From positions 1 to 60,276 of the forward strand of contig JAAILG010001905.1 in the NCBI GenBank assembly GCA_012026655.1: a stretch of 60,276 nucleotides of DNA. Direction: 5' to 3'. The notes below the pieces were generated by a model, which was not told where the DNA came from, did not search any database, and worked only from the letters and a program-made list of their open reading frames with translations. This document shows positions 13,941 to 25,900 of the stretch, piece after piece (within the stretch, counting starts at the first letter, position 1; each line of letters opens with the position of its first letter). The stretch comes from Hydrolagus affinis. Its lineage: Eukaryota. A program made the translations under genes and the position numbers.

Positions 13941-16900
13941 TGAAACACCATTGAAAAGACAGCAATATAAATAGAAATAAATATTTAAATATAATATCAT
14001 GACTACCAACTGTGTACAATGTATTAAAACTGTAATTGTACAAATTGTACCATAGGTGGTTTGATGGCATTGCTGTGATAATTACAGTGCAATGCGAGAT
14101 TGTGTTTTAAAGAGATAGATTTATTTTATTTCTATCACTTTTATTCCCTGCATGGTAAATGCAAGTTAGGGACACAATCAGGATTAATCAACGCATTTGC
14201 CTCCTGGCCTGAGGTAAAACAAATGCACCTGAGTTTAATTATGTCTTATTACTAGTTTTAGAGAAAAAGAACATTGGACTGAATCATAAAAGCTTGGAAG
14301 AGGGACTTTCCTCACAGTAATCATTAGGCCCATTAAAAAATATTTGGGCTGCAGAGATAGCATGTGAAGACATTCCTACTATGACCATGATAACAATACT
14401 TAATGATAATCTGCTACAAAGCTTGCAGATTTCGTGCCATTTGTCCATTTAGCACCTCCCTGCCCATTAAAGCATTTAAACTACTTCTAGGCTACAGTAG
14501 AAGAAAGTGTCCATTGGAAAAATGGCAGCATAAATGTGCCATGAACTGGAAAAGAAAGCCTTAGGATGTAACTTGCCTCTTCCCCCATATAAATCACTCC
14601 GACCTGCAAGAACTTGGCTCTGAGAGAATCTCAGGTCCTCAAACACTTTGTGCAGTGGTCAGTCATTAGAAGTGCCTTCAATTAACTGTGAGATCTGCTT
14701 CACTTGATGAGTGTTGCGACAAGAATTGTCAAGTCAATTGTGCAGAACTTCTAGAAGAATTGCTTTTAAACATTTTAATCAACCTTAAAAGCATCAAGGA
14801 GCAAGCACACCCACCAGCATCTCAATTCACAACTCTCTCGGCCTCAAGTTTGCTATTCAACTGATTTAGCTATTATTTTGAGCAGAGCAGGACAAAAGGA
14901 AATTATTATATGCCCATCGATCACATAACTCACTGAATTATTTATTGTTCAATATAAAAAGTTTCAGAGGATAATTTAACAAATACTGGACATTCTGTGC
15001 GAGTGCTCTTAAAAGTATTGCAGTTTTAACTATTAATTCATCATAACAAATGTTGTCAGAAATGAAATACACAATGCCTCCCTCTAAGTAAGATGTAGAG
15101 CTTTGAGTTCAAACTTTTCTTTCAGTATCTAGATTGAAAAATCAAAAGGTTTAAAAATAATTTTACACAAAATAAAACACAATGCTTCGTGTGCCAACCA
15201 TTTTCTATACTGACATAGCTGAGCAAACACACACCCTAACCAGCTCAAATGTACTCATCCTTTATTCTAGCCTATTTCCATTGATTTATAAATAATTAAA
15301 CAGTAAGTTACATTGGAGACATTGGAGAACTTGGGCTAAGCAATTGAATGTGCTGAATAACTATAAGCATGTTGACATTTCAAACAAAATAATACACGAC
15401 TACAGTGCGTGGGCTTAATGGATGCTTAAAACCTTATCTTCCTCAATTTGACTCAGGGAAAGTTAGAACAAACCTATTAGGGTAGTTTGGAAGCCAAAGT
15501 TATGCTTCAGCTCTGAATTCAGTGCGTTTATCTTTTGAGGAGCTCACCTCCGCAGAGCAGAGTTTTTCCAGCCTGCGATTTGATATTGAACTCAGCAAAT
15601 CCAAATGCTTGGATGCAAGCAAGTGCAATAATTTTCAATTCATCACTTTGGGCCAAAAAAAAATCTTCTCTGGGAGTGACTTTTAATCAATTTCAACTGA
15701 TTTAACTCCAACAGTTGTCTTCTCTCATCACCTGCGGATAAATCCAACAAGGGAATTGAGTCTATAGATTCTTTGGCTGTCACTGTGTCGAAATGCTGGC
15801 TTCCGGCTTAGATGATGTGGGCTACTGATTGGATTTTCCCATTATAATCCCACTACGTGTCGAAAGCATGACACATGATGCAAATTGTTGTTGTAGTAAG
15901 CGCTTCGGGACACTACCCTGTGCGAAGGGCTCTATAGAAATGCAAGTTGTCGCTGTTGTTGTAATGCTGACCACAATTCCAGGCCACAACTGTGCATAGA
16001 AGAAAGATTCCAGCATTCGATATTTATCCATGACTTTACCTATAAATGTGCCCAAGGAGAAGAAAGTAAGTCTCCTTTGTACTTCACCTTACGTTTTACA
16101 AATTGCGAGACGGTTATAATAATTTACTTCATAATCTGTGATTAGGCCCATTCTTTACTTTCCATTGCTTACAATAGATTTTTCTAATAACTATCGAAAG
16201 CTGATGATCGATTGCAAAAATAATTGCACTGAAAAATTACTGCTAAAAATCTAGAAAAGTATTTGCTCACAATCAATAATATACAATCATGCCTGTAACC
16301 AGAGTTTAAAAGCTAGTCCTAAAATGTAAGCAATATTTCAAAAAAATCTGTCTATTAAAAGATGTAGACTAATTCACTCATTGATTTTGCAACATATACT
16401 GTACCTTCTGTCCCATTAAGAATTCTGTGCTTGATATACATCAAATTGCTGTACATTGCAGAGGGGAGCTAGTGAGACAGATTCAGAAGATGCTATTTAC
16501 TATATTTGCTCGATTTACTGGTCTCAAGGGTAATTTTTCTAAAGGAAAATATTGTTACATATTGTCCTGCAATTGAAGAGAATAATTGGTACATGCTTTT
16601 ACTAGTGAACAGTATATCTAACCTGACTGAGCAAGGCACACAATTGCAGCTCATCCCAAATTTTTCAGCCAAGTATTTCTTTGCACCCAATACTTCAGGT
16701 TGTCAATAATTTTGACAAATAGACAACGCAGATATTGTGTGCGATATCATGTGCATTTCCAGTGGAATAGAATTCCGCCAAAAAAAATAATAATTTTGTA
16801 ATCCTCCTTCATTAAAATCCAAGTACACGGTGAAGATCTTCACAAAAGTCATGATCTTGAGTCGGTGTTTATTGATTGACTTGCTAAAAAATCTGTTAAG

Positions 16901-17357
16901 GCAGCTATGCGGCATAATCGATGACAAATTCCGTCCGTAGCAATGAAACTCATCACATAATCACACATAAAAATAAACCTGAAGGCCAATTAAATGTATA
17001 ACATTTAAATTACAGTGATTTATTTAGCCCACGTAAATATCTGTGCCCCGTTCTGGCAGCCGAACCAATGTAACACAGCAGCTGATTGTTGCCAGGACAA
17101 CAGGAACATTTTGATGGGGTTTCACCCTCTTTCTCCTGCATTGCAACAGCAGCTCGTGATGTAACTGTGGTTAAGTGCCATACATGCTGATGATTTTAGT
17201 GGCAGCTCAATATTAGACAGGCTTTCCTGGCTGGTTGTGTAACAACTGTTGTAACACTACCATTAATCCAGCACAAAAAATAGTCTGTTGGAACTTTTGA
17301 CGGCTCCTTGCCGTGATAGGAGGAATGCCTATTCCATATGGCTGGATGATACGAGTT

Positions 17358-17511
17358 ATAATAATTACTATCCTTGAATTTGATATAGCGCTTTTCACGT
17401 CTTCTCGACGTCTCAAAGCGCTTCACAGAATATACTGTAAAGTGAATTGACTGTATATTTGTGGGCGAAACGCGGCAGCCAATTGCGCACAGCGGTGTTC
17501 CCACAAACAGT
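17358..17511 (-). mobile_element. SINE 3' half
   Basis: Near-consensus ccttgaatttgatatagcgcttttcacgtc...cccacaaacag. Confidence 0.88.
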
Positions 17512-18505
17512 TCACTGAAGAGGTAAAGGCGTTCTCAGAAATATCAATGACAACTTGCGTCCCAGGTACTGAAACTATACTAATGCAACCAAACAGTAGG
17601 TCTTACTTCAAAGTCGATCAGGTTACACAATCAATAAACCTTCCCCAATACAGAATTTTCTTCATGACAAAGGATTCTCAACTTTTTTTAAAAGTTTTTT
17701 TTTCCACTGAACATAATAATATATTTAACCCATTTTATGCATCTCACCTACTGGTGCTTGTTACACTTTGAATATATATTCAAATTGCAACATTATCAGA
17801 GGAATCAAGACCGCTGTACATTTACTACACCATGTAAGATGTTTTGGAGAGAAATGTCACCATATTCCAGTGCGGAATTAAATTATGTTATGAGAGGTTT
17901 AACCATTAGGAATCGATAGGATGGAAGCAATGGAGTAAATTGTAGAGTGAGTAACTATGATTAATTGGTCCAGAAACACTTATTGCTTCCATAATTTAGA
18001 AATGTAGTAATCTGGATTAATTAGAGTTGCTGCAGATGGTTTGGCTCCAAATTTCATTCTCTAGATAGTCATTAAGCAAGAAAAATACTAGAAGTGATCA
18101 CAATAAATTGCATGCATTTTTGGGGCCAGCAAACCTCTGGTGTAATGTATGAGATAATTAGGACACTGAGTTATGAGGTCAGGCGTCGAATCTAAAAGAC
18201 AAGTAGAATACAATGTTGTGTAAATTATGTTTATGGTGTTTTTAATTTGTCATGTTTGTGAGAAAGCAATTTCTGTGCAGAAGATTTCTGGCTGTAGTCG
18301 GAAATGCACAGGTTTGACTTGTTCCAAACCCTCTCCCACCTCCACCCCACCTTCCCAGTCTGTACTATTTTCAGTGGTCAGGAAGTTTCAGCTGATAACT
18401 TGTCAAACACAGTTTATATAGACACAATGGCCTCCGTTCTGCACTGTAGATTTCTATGTTTCCATCTGTGCAGTGGAGATCACAGATGTACATTTTAGAC
18501 CTTAC

Positions 18506-18561
18506 CTCATGTGAAGTTAAATGCCTGGACAGCTTTACATTTGTAAGGCAGTAAAGTCCCA
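18506..18561 (-). CDS. UNC13: Putative UNC13-like exon
   Basis: tttaattgtatgcag|TG GGA CTT TAC ... CAT GAG|gtaagg = LGLYCLTNVKLSRHLTSHE. Splice sites are strong, phase 1 fits the 19588 donor, and GLY recalls GLYGIDSMP. Confidence 0.35.
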
Positions 18562-19587
18562 CTGCATACAATTAAAAAAATGTAAAAAGTTTTCCCAATC
18601 AGATTTTGGAGAGTATGTGGGCAAGAAATATTGTGAAGTTGTGTAGCATTAAATTGAATTTCTCGCCTTAAGGAGGAAATGTCATTGCCCTTTCTCCCAA
18701 TATCTCTGGCACGTCATCTGAGCTTTCACTTTCTGTCAGGTAATTACTGTGTACACAGAAAACAACCCACTTCACAACTAGAAATGCAAAGAGAAAACAC
18801 TGGAGAAATAATGTGTTAGTAATAAGACTGATAAAATTGCAGAGCATACTTTTAGGCGCAGAAAATCTGAGAGGGTAAATGAACTGCAATGAAATGCTCT
18901 GGTCATTCGCGTGTGCGCTGCCTTTTTCTCCTCGACAAAGTAGACTTTCATACAGAGCAGATGTCTGCAGCAAAATAGAAGGATTTATGCATCCCTTCGT
19001 TGAAAATCCCCAACCACTTGTACATGTACATAATTAAGTTAGACCAAGTCATTTGTCATCATCTTTCCTCATTAGTCTGCCAACCAATGCATCCAAATAT
19101 CAAGTAACATCAACAGAGGATGCACAAATAAGCAGAAGCAATGGCAAAATTAAAGAGATATTCAACCTCACTTGAAAAATAGTTACAGTCACTATTGTTA
19201 TTCAAAAAGGAAAACCTCTTTCAAGTTCTCTGAACCACGCACAGCTGAATTATGGAGAAATCAATGACAAACAATATATCTGGGATCCAACTGCTTCTCC
19301 TTAGGGCAATGGCAACAGTGAATAATATCCTTAGTTTCAGTGCGCAACCATTTGCAAACTTGGGGCTCGTAAAACAAATACATATTTTGCAGCAAGAGAA
19401 TAATTCATTGAGCGAAAGGATAAAACATTCAGTCTCGGTTAAACCCAAATGATGTTTTACTCCTTTTGGGGGAAACTCTTCACCATTGACTTCTCGTAAT
19501 GTCGACTGTGATTTGTTGCCACTTTCTGTGTTGTCCACCTAACCTACCTACCCGCCATATTTGTAGTGCATTTGAATGTACGCTTAC

Positions 19588-19687
19588 GGTGTGAGTTATA
19601 CCAGTCTTGAAACCACCTCTTCCACATGGAGTCATAAGAGGGCTTCCGCCAGGGTCTGAGCTCCCCTTTTAATTTGCTGTAGAAAAC
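19588..19687 (-). CDS. UNC13: Putative next UNC13-like exon
   Basis: gccag|GTT TTC TAC ... CAC C|gtaagc = VFYSKLKGELRPWRKPSYDSMWKRWFQDWYNSH. The phase 0 start supplies V8 of the CaM motif, and SMW/RWF resembles SLWF. An alternative donor lies at 19617. Confidence 0.45.
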
Positions 19688-19901
19688 CTGGCAGGACACT
19701 GCAGCTAAAACCATGACCGTCCAACAACAAATGAAATGGTATCACAGGCTTCGTGATGCTGAACATCCCTGGAGAGACTGTAAAAGCCTGTGAAATATTG
19801 CATTTTAATTTTAAATGTATTGCATCTTAATTATCCAAACGTGGTTCCCAAAGGCAGCATTCCTGCTGTTAAATAAATTGTCAGAAAGCAAAACATCTTA
19901 C

Positions 19902-19965
19902 TTTTTTAATTGCTCTCCTCCATCTTGATCTTTCTATGGTGTTGATGCATACAATATCTTCATCC
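19902..19965 (-). CDS. UNC13: UNC13-like exon with calmodulin-binding-type motif
   Basis: tttcag|G GAT GAA ... ATT AAA AAA|gtaaga = [21 protein letters not shown] (cf. RAHWIRAVTKV / KANWLRAFNKV); 64 nt. Confidence 0.8.
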
Positions 19966-22900
19966 CTGAAATACAAACATAGAATGTTTTTTCCCCATCA
20001 TCAGAATTAGTTAGCACAAATTGACATGAAGCAAAATTTTCAATCAAAAAGTCTAATCAGCAACATTTAACACGACCAGGTTAACATGATTCAGTGTTAA
20101 CACTTTGTTGTACCAGATCATTAAATTCGAATCTATTTTGCTTTCCCCATTGTAGACAGAAAAATCGATCTAGTACCACAAAGTAAAATTTGCTTTCAAA
20201 GTTTTGGTGTTCATGCGGTTTCCTAAATCATATTTGGATTTCAAGCCAAACTAGTGTTGGACCTGGGGGTATATTGTGGTGTAAGATTTCACAGTAAAGA
20301 AAATAAAAGCAGGTTTGTCGAGTATACACAGCTGCATTCCTTAAGGTTAAGACATTAAGCACGAAATAGGTTTTATGAGATTTGAAAAACAAAAGCCCAT
20401 ACACTGTGATATAGAACTAAACATTAACTTCTAATTACAATCATTCAAAAATTTAGGAAGAAAAAAATATTTTTATTCACCTCTAAAATAATCTTATTGC
20501 TGTATCACTCTTCTCTCAGTGGACAAGATCGTAGAACTAAAATAATTCTCTCTTATATACGAGCTATATATATGAACCGCAATCTGTTGTTATTAGTCTG
20601 AAGCTGAGAAGACCAATCCTTACTACCCTCATGTCGAGATATTCCACCCTGGTCTAGATTCACTTTATTTTCTTACCGTTTCAGAACAAATTGCGAATTG
20701 TCTAATTCAATTTGGAAAACAAGACTGTTTTCCGCCATTCTACAACGAACTCGCAGGAAAAACAAAACAAAGGCCCCAAATAAAAATTGTACTGCATTTA
20801 AGAATTTGCCAAACTTTGCGTACTCTGAAATAATGATAAATAATCCTTGCATTTGACATAACTCCTTATCATGTCGTTGAGACGTCTCAAAGCACTTAAG
20901 AGAATACACTCTGAAGTGGATTCACTGTGTATTTTGTGGGCATAATGCGGCAGAACAATTGCATGAATTGAGTTGTTGAGAAAACAATATTAATGTAGGC
21001 CGAGGTGGAATTATTAGCACGAGATCTCTTAATTTTTCTCTGCAGCTATCCTTCAGCTACTCTTATTGAAATTGCCAATTTGTGTGCAACACAGTGCTGT
21101 ACTAGGCAATCTGTGGTTTAGTTCACCCTTCAATCAACTAGGCTGAGAGTGCCCCCAACTCATTTCCTTTAGCATCCTTATACTCTTTCGTCCCAGGCTT
21201 CATCTGATCAAGAATCGCACTCGAAATATGAATCAACCTGCACGGCTTTCTTTTTTCTGATTCATAGTGTTTAATTGTTTTTAACCTTCACTCCCTACGT
21301 GAAAGAACAACGTAACTCTTTGTTCACCCCAATTCATTTGAGAGCATCTTCAGAACGGCAGCTAGAACCTGCTGTCAGATTTCATTGTCAACTCGATATT
21401 AAACTAATTCAATGGTTAGGTGGGAGAGCCTGTCACCTTACAAATTCTCCTTTTTTCTACTCATCCATCACGTAGAGGAACAACCAAGGGAATATTTTGC
21501 TTTTGTTGGTTCACAATCATAAGCCTGGATAGAATTGGTCATATTTTCTGACCCAGCCCCACACAACGCAAGCATTGAGATGCAATATCGCTGGTGGGAC
21601 AAATCCTGCAAAGAAAGGCTGTAATACAAATCTCAAACTCGAAAATGCTGGTGGCTCTGTAATATATTATTCGCAAAGCAACTGGGAAAATGTGGCATTT
21701 GATGAAGCATGGAATTAGAGCGATGAATCTCTGTGCTCGGCTTTCAGAACCTGGAAAACCTTTGCCTTTCATTCTGCTCAAACGGTCAAAACAACAACAA
21801 GCTCTATCGCTAACTTCCGAATCACAGGGAGTGAAATGTATTCATTGTGATCCGACATGATTTCGTCCTGATCTCAACTTCCTGGAAACCTATTCCGGTA
21901 GTTAATTACCCTCTTGATCTATGGTATATACTGTGAATTTGATGGATCTGCGAAGTCATAAGGGAAACACTTGAATTTGCCAGTTTCACAAGATACACTG
22001 TACATCACAAAAACTTCACTGTGGTTGCGTACTGGAGGTCTTTCTGTCTGTATGAGAGAGAGTGGGTGAGTGCGTGAGTGTGAGTGCGCGTGAGTGAGAG
22101 TGCATGCATTTTGAAAAGAAAGTGAGTGAATTGGGTCTGGAATGTTTCAGGGCATATGTTGACAGAACGAGTGATACTTGGATACACTGCATTTGAAGAG
22201 GACGTTACTGGGAAATTGATTTTTCAGTGATGTTCATAAATGGAATGAGGAACTCAATAGAAACTCAGTTCGCTTCTGACTTTTAATAGCTGCAAAATCA
22301 TCTTTCCTATTTTGCGGGGCAGGTTTAAAATCCAGGTTCCAGAGCTGAAGGAACATTTATAGCTTATCGAATTGTGCATGCCCCAAGAAGAATTGCACTT
22401 ACAAAAGAAAATGTTTAGGGTCAAGCAAGTTAGTTAACATTAAATTTTCAATCCCACTGCAATTCAGTCTTCCTCCAGTCAATATTTATCCCTTAGAACT
22501 GCAGGAAGAATACTGCCAATCAATTTCCTGAGGCTGGTTACCTGTTACTTTTCATTCTTGGCATCTCTTTCCTACTCTAGATGACAATGACCTCACGCAG
22601 AGGCCAAGTTTTATTCATGCCAGTGAATTTCTGGTACCTAAACGATCTATCTTCAAGCACGAGATTAAACAGCAAGTGATGGAATTTGACTGAAAGGACT
22701 AGTATCAAATTGAAGAGCTGGGAGGGAGTGCAAAAGAGAATGGTAAATTTAAGAGATTTCTTCTTAGCACGTTAGAGGGTTAGGCATGTGGAAGAGACTG
22801 ACAAAAAGAACTACAAAAGGGTTTTGGAAACTTAAGAGGCAAAAAGTGAATGAAATAATGTACAATAAGTCACTTTGCTGCATAAAATACAAGATATAAA

Positions 22901-25900
22901 AATATTGTACAGTATATAGAAAAAGCTAAGCAAACAGTTGCAAGAGACAAAAGATTCAGGGGAACCCTGTGTAGAGGGCGCTATACAAGCGGAAGTTGTT
23001 GTGTTGTTGTTAACTTGCAAAGCACGTGCTTGTGAGTTATACATACATAATTTCTTCTCTCCCAGAGGTCTTGTGGCTGGGTTCATTAGGCTCCAGATCC
23101 ATTTTCAGGTCATCTTGGGAACTGCAGCTGCCACTGGAACTAACACTTTGGCTACAACAGGTGCTTTGCTCTTGGGAATCCTGGTGGGAGCTGTACCAAG
23201 TCGAGCGAGATTCACATTCACTGTCCATGGTACAGCTGTGCAAGGCTTCATTCTCACTTCCTTCAGAGTAACTTGGCTGGGAATTCTCATGGCTCAGGGC
23301 GGCTGATGAGGTTTGCCAGCTTTCCACGGAGGCACTGCGTTAAACCGTAAGTACATTGTCCACGTCAAATTCGAGGCAACACAAAAGGTACACATTGCAA
23401 TAGCTTTTCTCCAGTAAGCTTCGCAAAACCATATGAAAACTACAACATTTATTCTTTCAAAGAGCTCGTTCCTTCCTCGTTCATTTTTGGGGGCATTCAG
23501 GCCTAACAGGACAACCGTGATGTCAGTTCCCACTTGGCATGACGATCACAATATTTTTCTTCAGCTTATCGCAGTCTGAAGAAAATATGAGACCCAAGAG
23601 TATCATGCAATGGGGACACAATTTGACTGGTGGCACTCTTGCTTTTTAAGAACGATTAGAAATAGTACAGGGTTTCGCTCAAACTTAGATTCTAATTCTT
23701 AGAATAACGAGAGTGATAGTATTTACCCCATTATATAATTGATTTACTAAAAAAATCCTATCTAAAATAACAAATAACCTATTTATACCACACAGTTAGC
23801 ATTAATTTGACAACTTAGACGGTGGCTTCAAGAATCAAATTGACTTGTCAGCTTGCAGTATAAACCCAGGTTTTTTATAAACCCACAGCGATTTTAGAAG
23901 AAATTCAAAACTTAAAAAAAGTGAGTTAATAAGTTCTCCACAGCCCTTAAGCAATTCAATGTTATTAAAGAGCTGGCTGGCAGAAGAGCTCTATAATAGA
24001 ATTAATAATTAACCAGCGTTAGGCACCGATGAGCGGAGGTCTCCTTATACCCAGCCAATGCGACTCATATGGGGAATATAAATGATGTTCCCTACACCAA
24101 ATTACTTTACCGCTGGAAGCTACAGGAATCACAAAACTCTTGTATAAATCTCGTGGCTTTTGGAAGTTTTAAGATTATAGCTCTGCACCTGTGACCCCTT
24201 TGTTTTTTGAAATATCAGAAACGCAACTATGCAGGAAAGGTTCCCTTCAACAGACTTGCTTATCGAGAAGTTCTGTTGTTGCCGATGCTCTGTGATGCTC
24301 TGTATTCCAGATGATCGGACTTTCTGGCACATTGGATGCTTTTCTGAGTTTACTCATTGCTTCACCTGAGCAAGTTGTCCAAGCGCCTTGGGACGTCTTC
24401 CCAATGTCAAAGGCGTTATCTATACAAATGTAATTTTGTATTGGTATTTTATATATGAAGGTGGTGAACGAGCGAATCTATTCATATCTGAGAAAAAAAA
24501 AGTTGCCGTCCTCCTCCATTTGGAATTTCAGCCACTGATATAGTCGTTTATGGTTAAGAAACTGTATTGCCTCATCTGTTACTGTTTTCTAAATTAATTA
24601 AATAAGTTTGGTTGGTTCATGAAGAATTGAATGCGAGAAAGAGAGAGAGAAAGAAAATCACATTACATTGTATAATTATATAAACTGGGGCTTTCTGAAA
24701 TGATACAGTCACATAGATCGAGTGTCTCTGAAGATTCCCATCAATTAAAACAACATGCACATTTTATAATGGAAGACAGTGGAAGAGCACATGGGAAGCT
24801 CGTGTTTGCTCACTGCAGCAAAATAATTCAAAGAAAAATAAGATTAGAGCATGAGAAAACATAATGATTCTCCAAAGATGGAGCACTGGAAAACATATTT
24901 TTGAAGTCTGGAGTCTGTGCAAATACAGATGATTGGGTTTTTTCACCTGTGAGCTGCATAGATCATTATTTTAATAATCCTTGGATTTGATTCAGCTTAC
25001 TGTCCCACAGTACTGTGTCAAATCCTACAGGGTTCAACAACAACAAATTACATTTATAGAGTGCCTTTCATGTTGGGAGGACGTCCCGAGGCGCTGAGCC
25101 ATTAGGTCGGTACCCGAGCATGGGTGGGGAGGGATGGGGTAGGTGCAGGGGGATGGAGAGTAGGAAAGGGGAGAGAGTTAGGAGGGCAGCAGAAGACACG
25201 GTCGAAGAGAAAGGTCTTGAGACTCTGCCCCCAACCTCTGGAACTCCATCCTGAAGTCCCTCCGCCTCATCCCCTCCCTAGCTTCCTTCAAGTCTAGCCT
25301 CAAGACCCTCCTCTTCAATAGACTCATAGGCAATTTCCTTCCCCACCTCCCCCCACCCCCCCACCCCCCACTGTCCTCAGTTCGGGTCTGAATCATTGAC
25401 TTTTCATCGCCTTGGGACATCCTCCTGACATGAAAGGCACTATACAAGTGTAATTGTGTTGTTGTTGTTTGTTGAAGGAGGAAATGGAGGAAGCGAAGCT
25501 AAGGGATTGCGGGATGGAGTTCCAGAGTGTGGGGGCGGAGAGGCAGGGGAGTGTTACAATAGAGATTGTTATGATCCTCGTGCACAATTTAATAATAATC
25601 CTTGTATTTGATATAGCGCTCCCCACATCCCATCAACGTCTCATCAAAGTACACTGCAAGGTACAGCAATCATGTACCTGCAGTGGTACACCATATACAA
25701 CTCCACTAATAGGCAGGATGTGAATAATCAATTAAGGAGAAAGGGAGCGTTCAAATGACGTCGTTGGCTGTGGCTTTGATCTTGCAGTGTATGGATGTCA
25801 TCTGAACTCTGCGGTGGATTTACTGCATTTCACCAAACCCTAATATTTATTTTGTATGACGCATCACACAAAGGTGTGACTTAATGGCACATATAAACTT

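Noticed and set aside
15500-15810. Minus-strand peptide echoes (SIDSIP, SDELK..IQAF) of Munc13 pre-C1 motifs
   Set aside because: They need a frameshift, lack usable splice sites and have the wrong spacing. Probably chance.
22552-22637. AG...GT-bounded minus-strand exon candidate after exon 9
   Set aside because: Stop codons in all three frames.
22938-23306. 122-aa plus-strand ORF with a hydrophobic stretch
   Set aside because: It is the antisense shadow of UNC13-like exon 9 and starts in an L2 stub.
23335-23575. Upstream acceptor (ttcttcag) that would extend exon 9
   Set aside because: Gives an immediate in-frame stop (A CTG CGA TAA) in the required phase.
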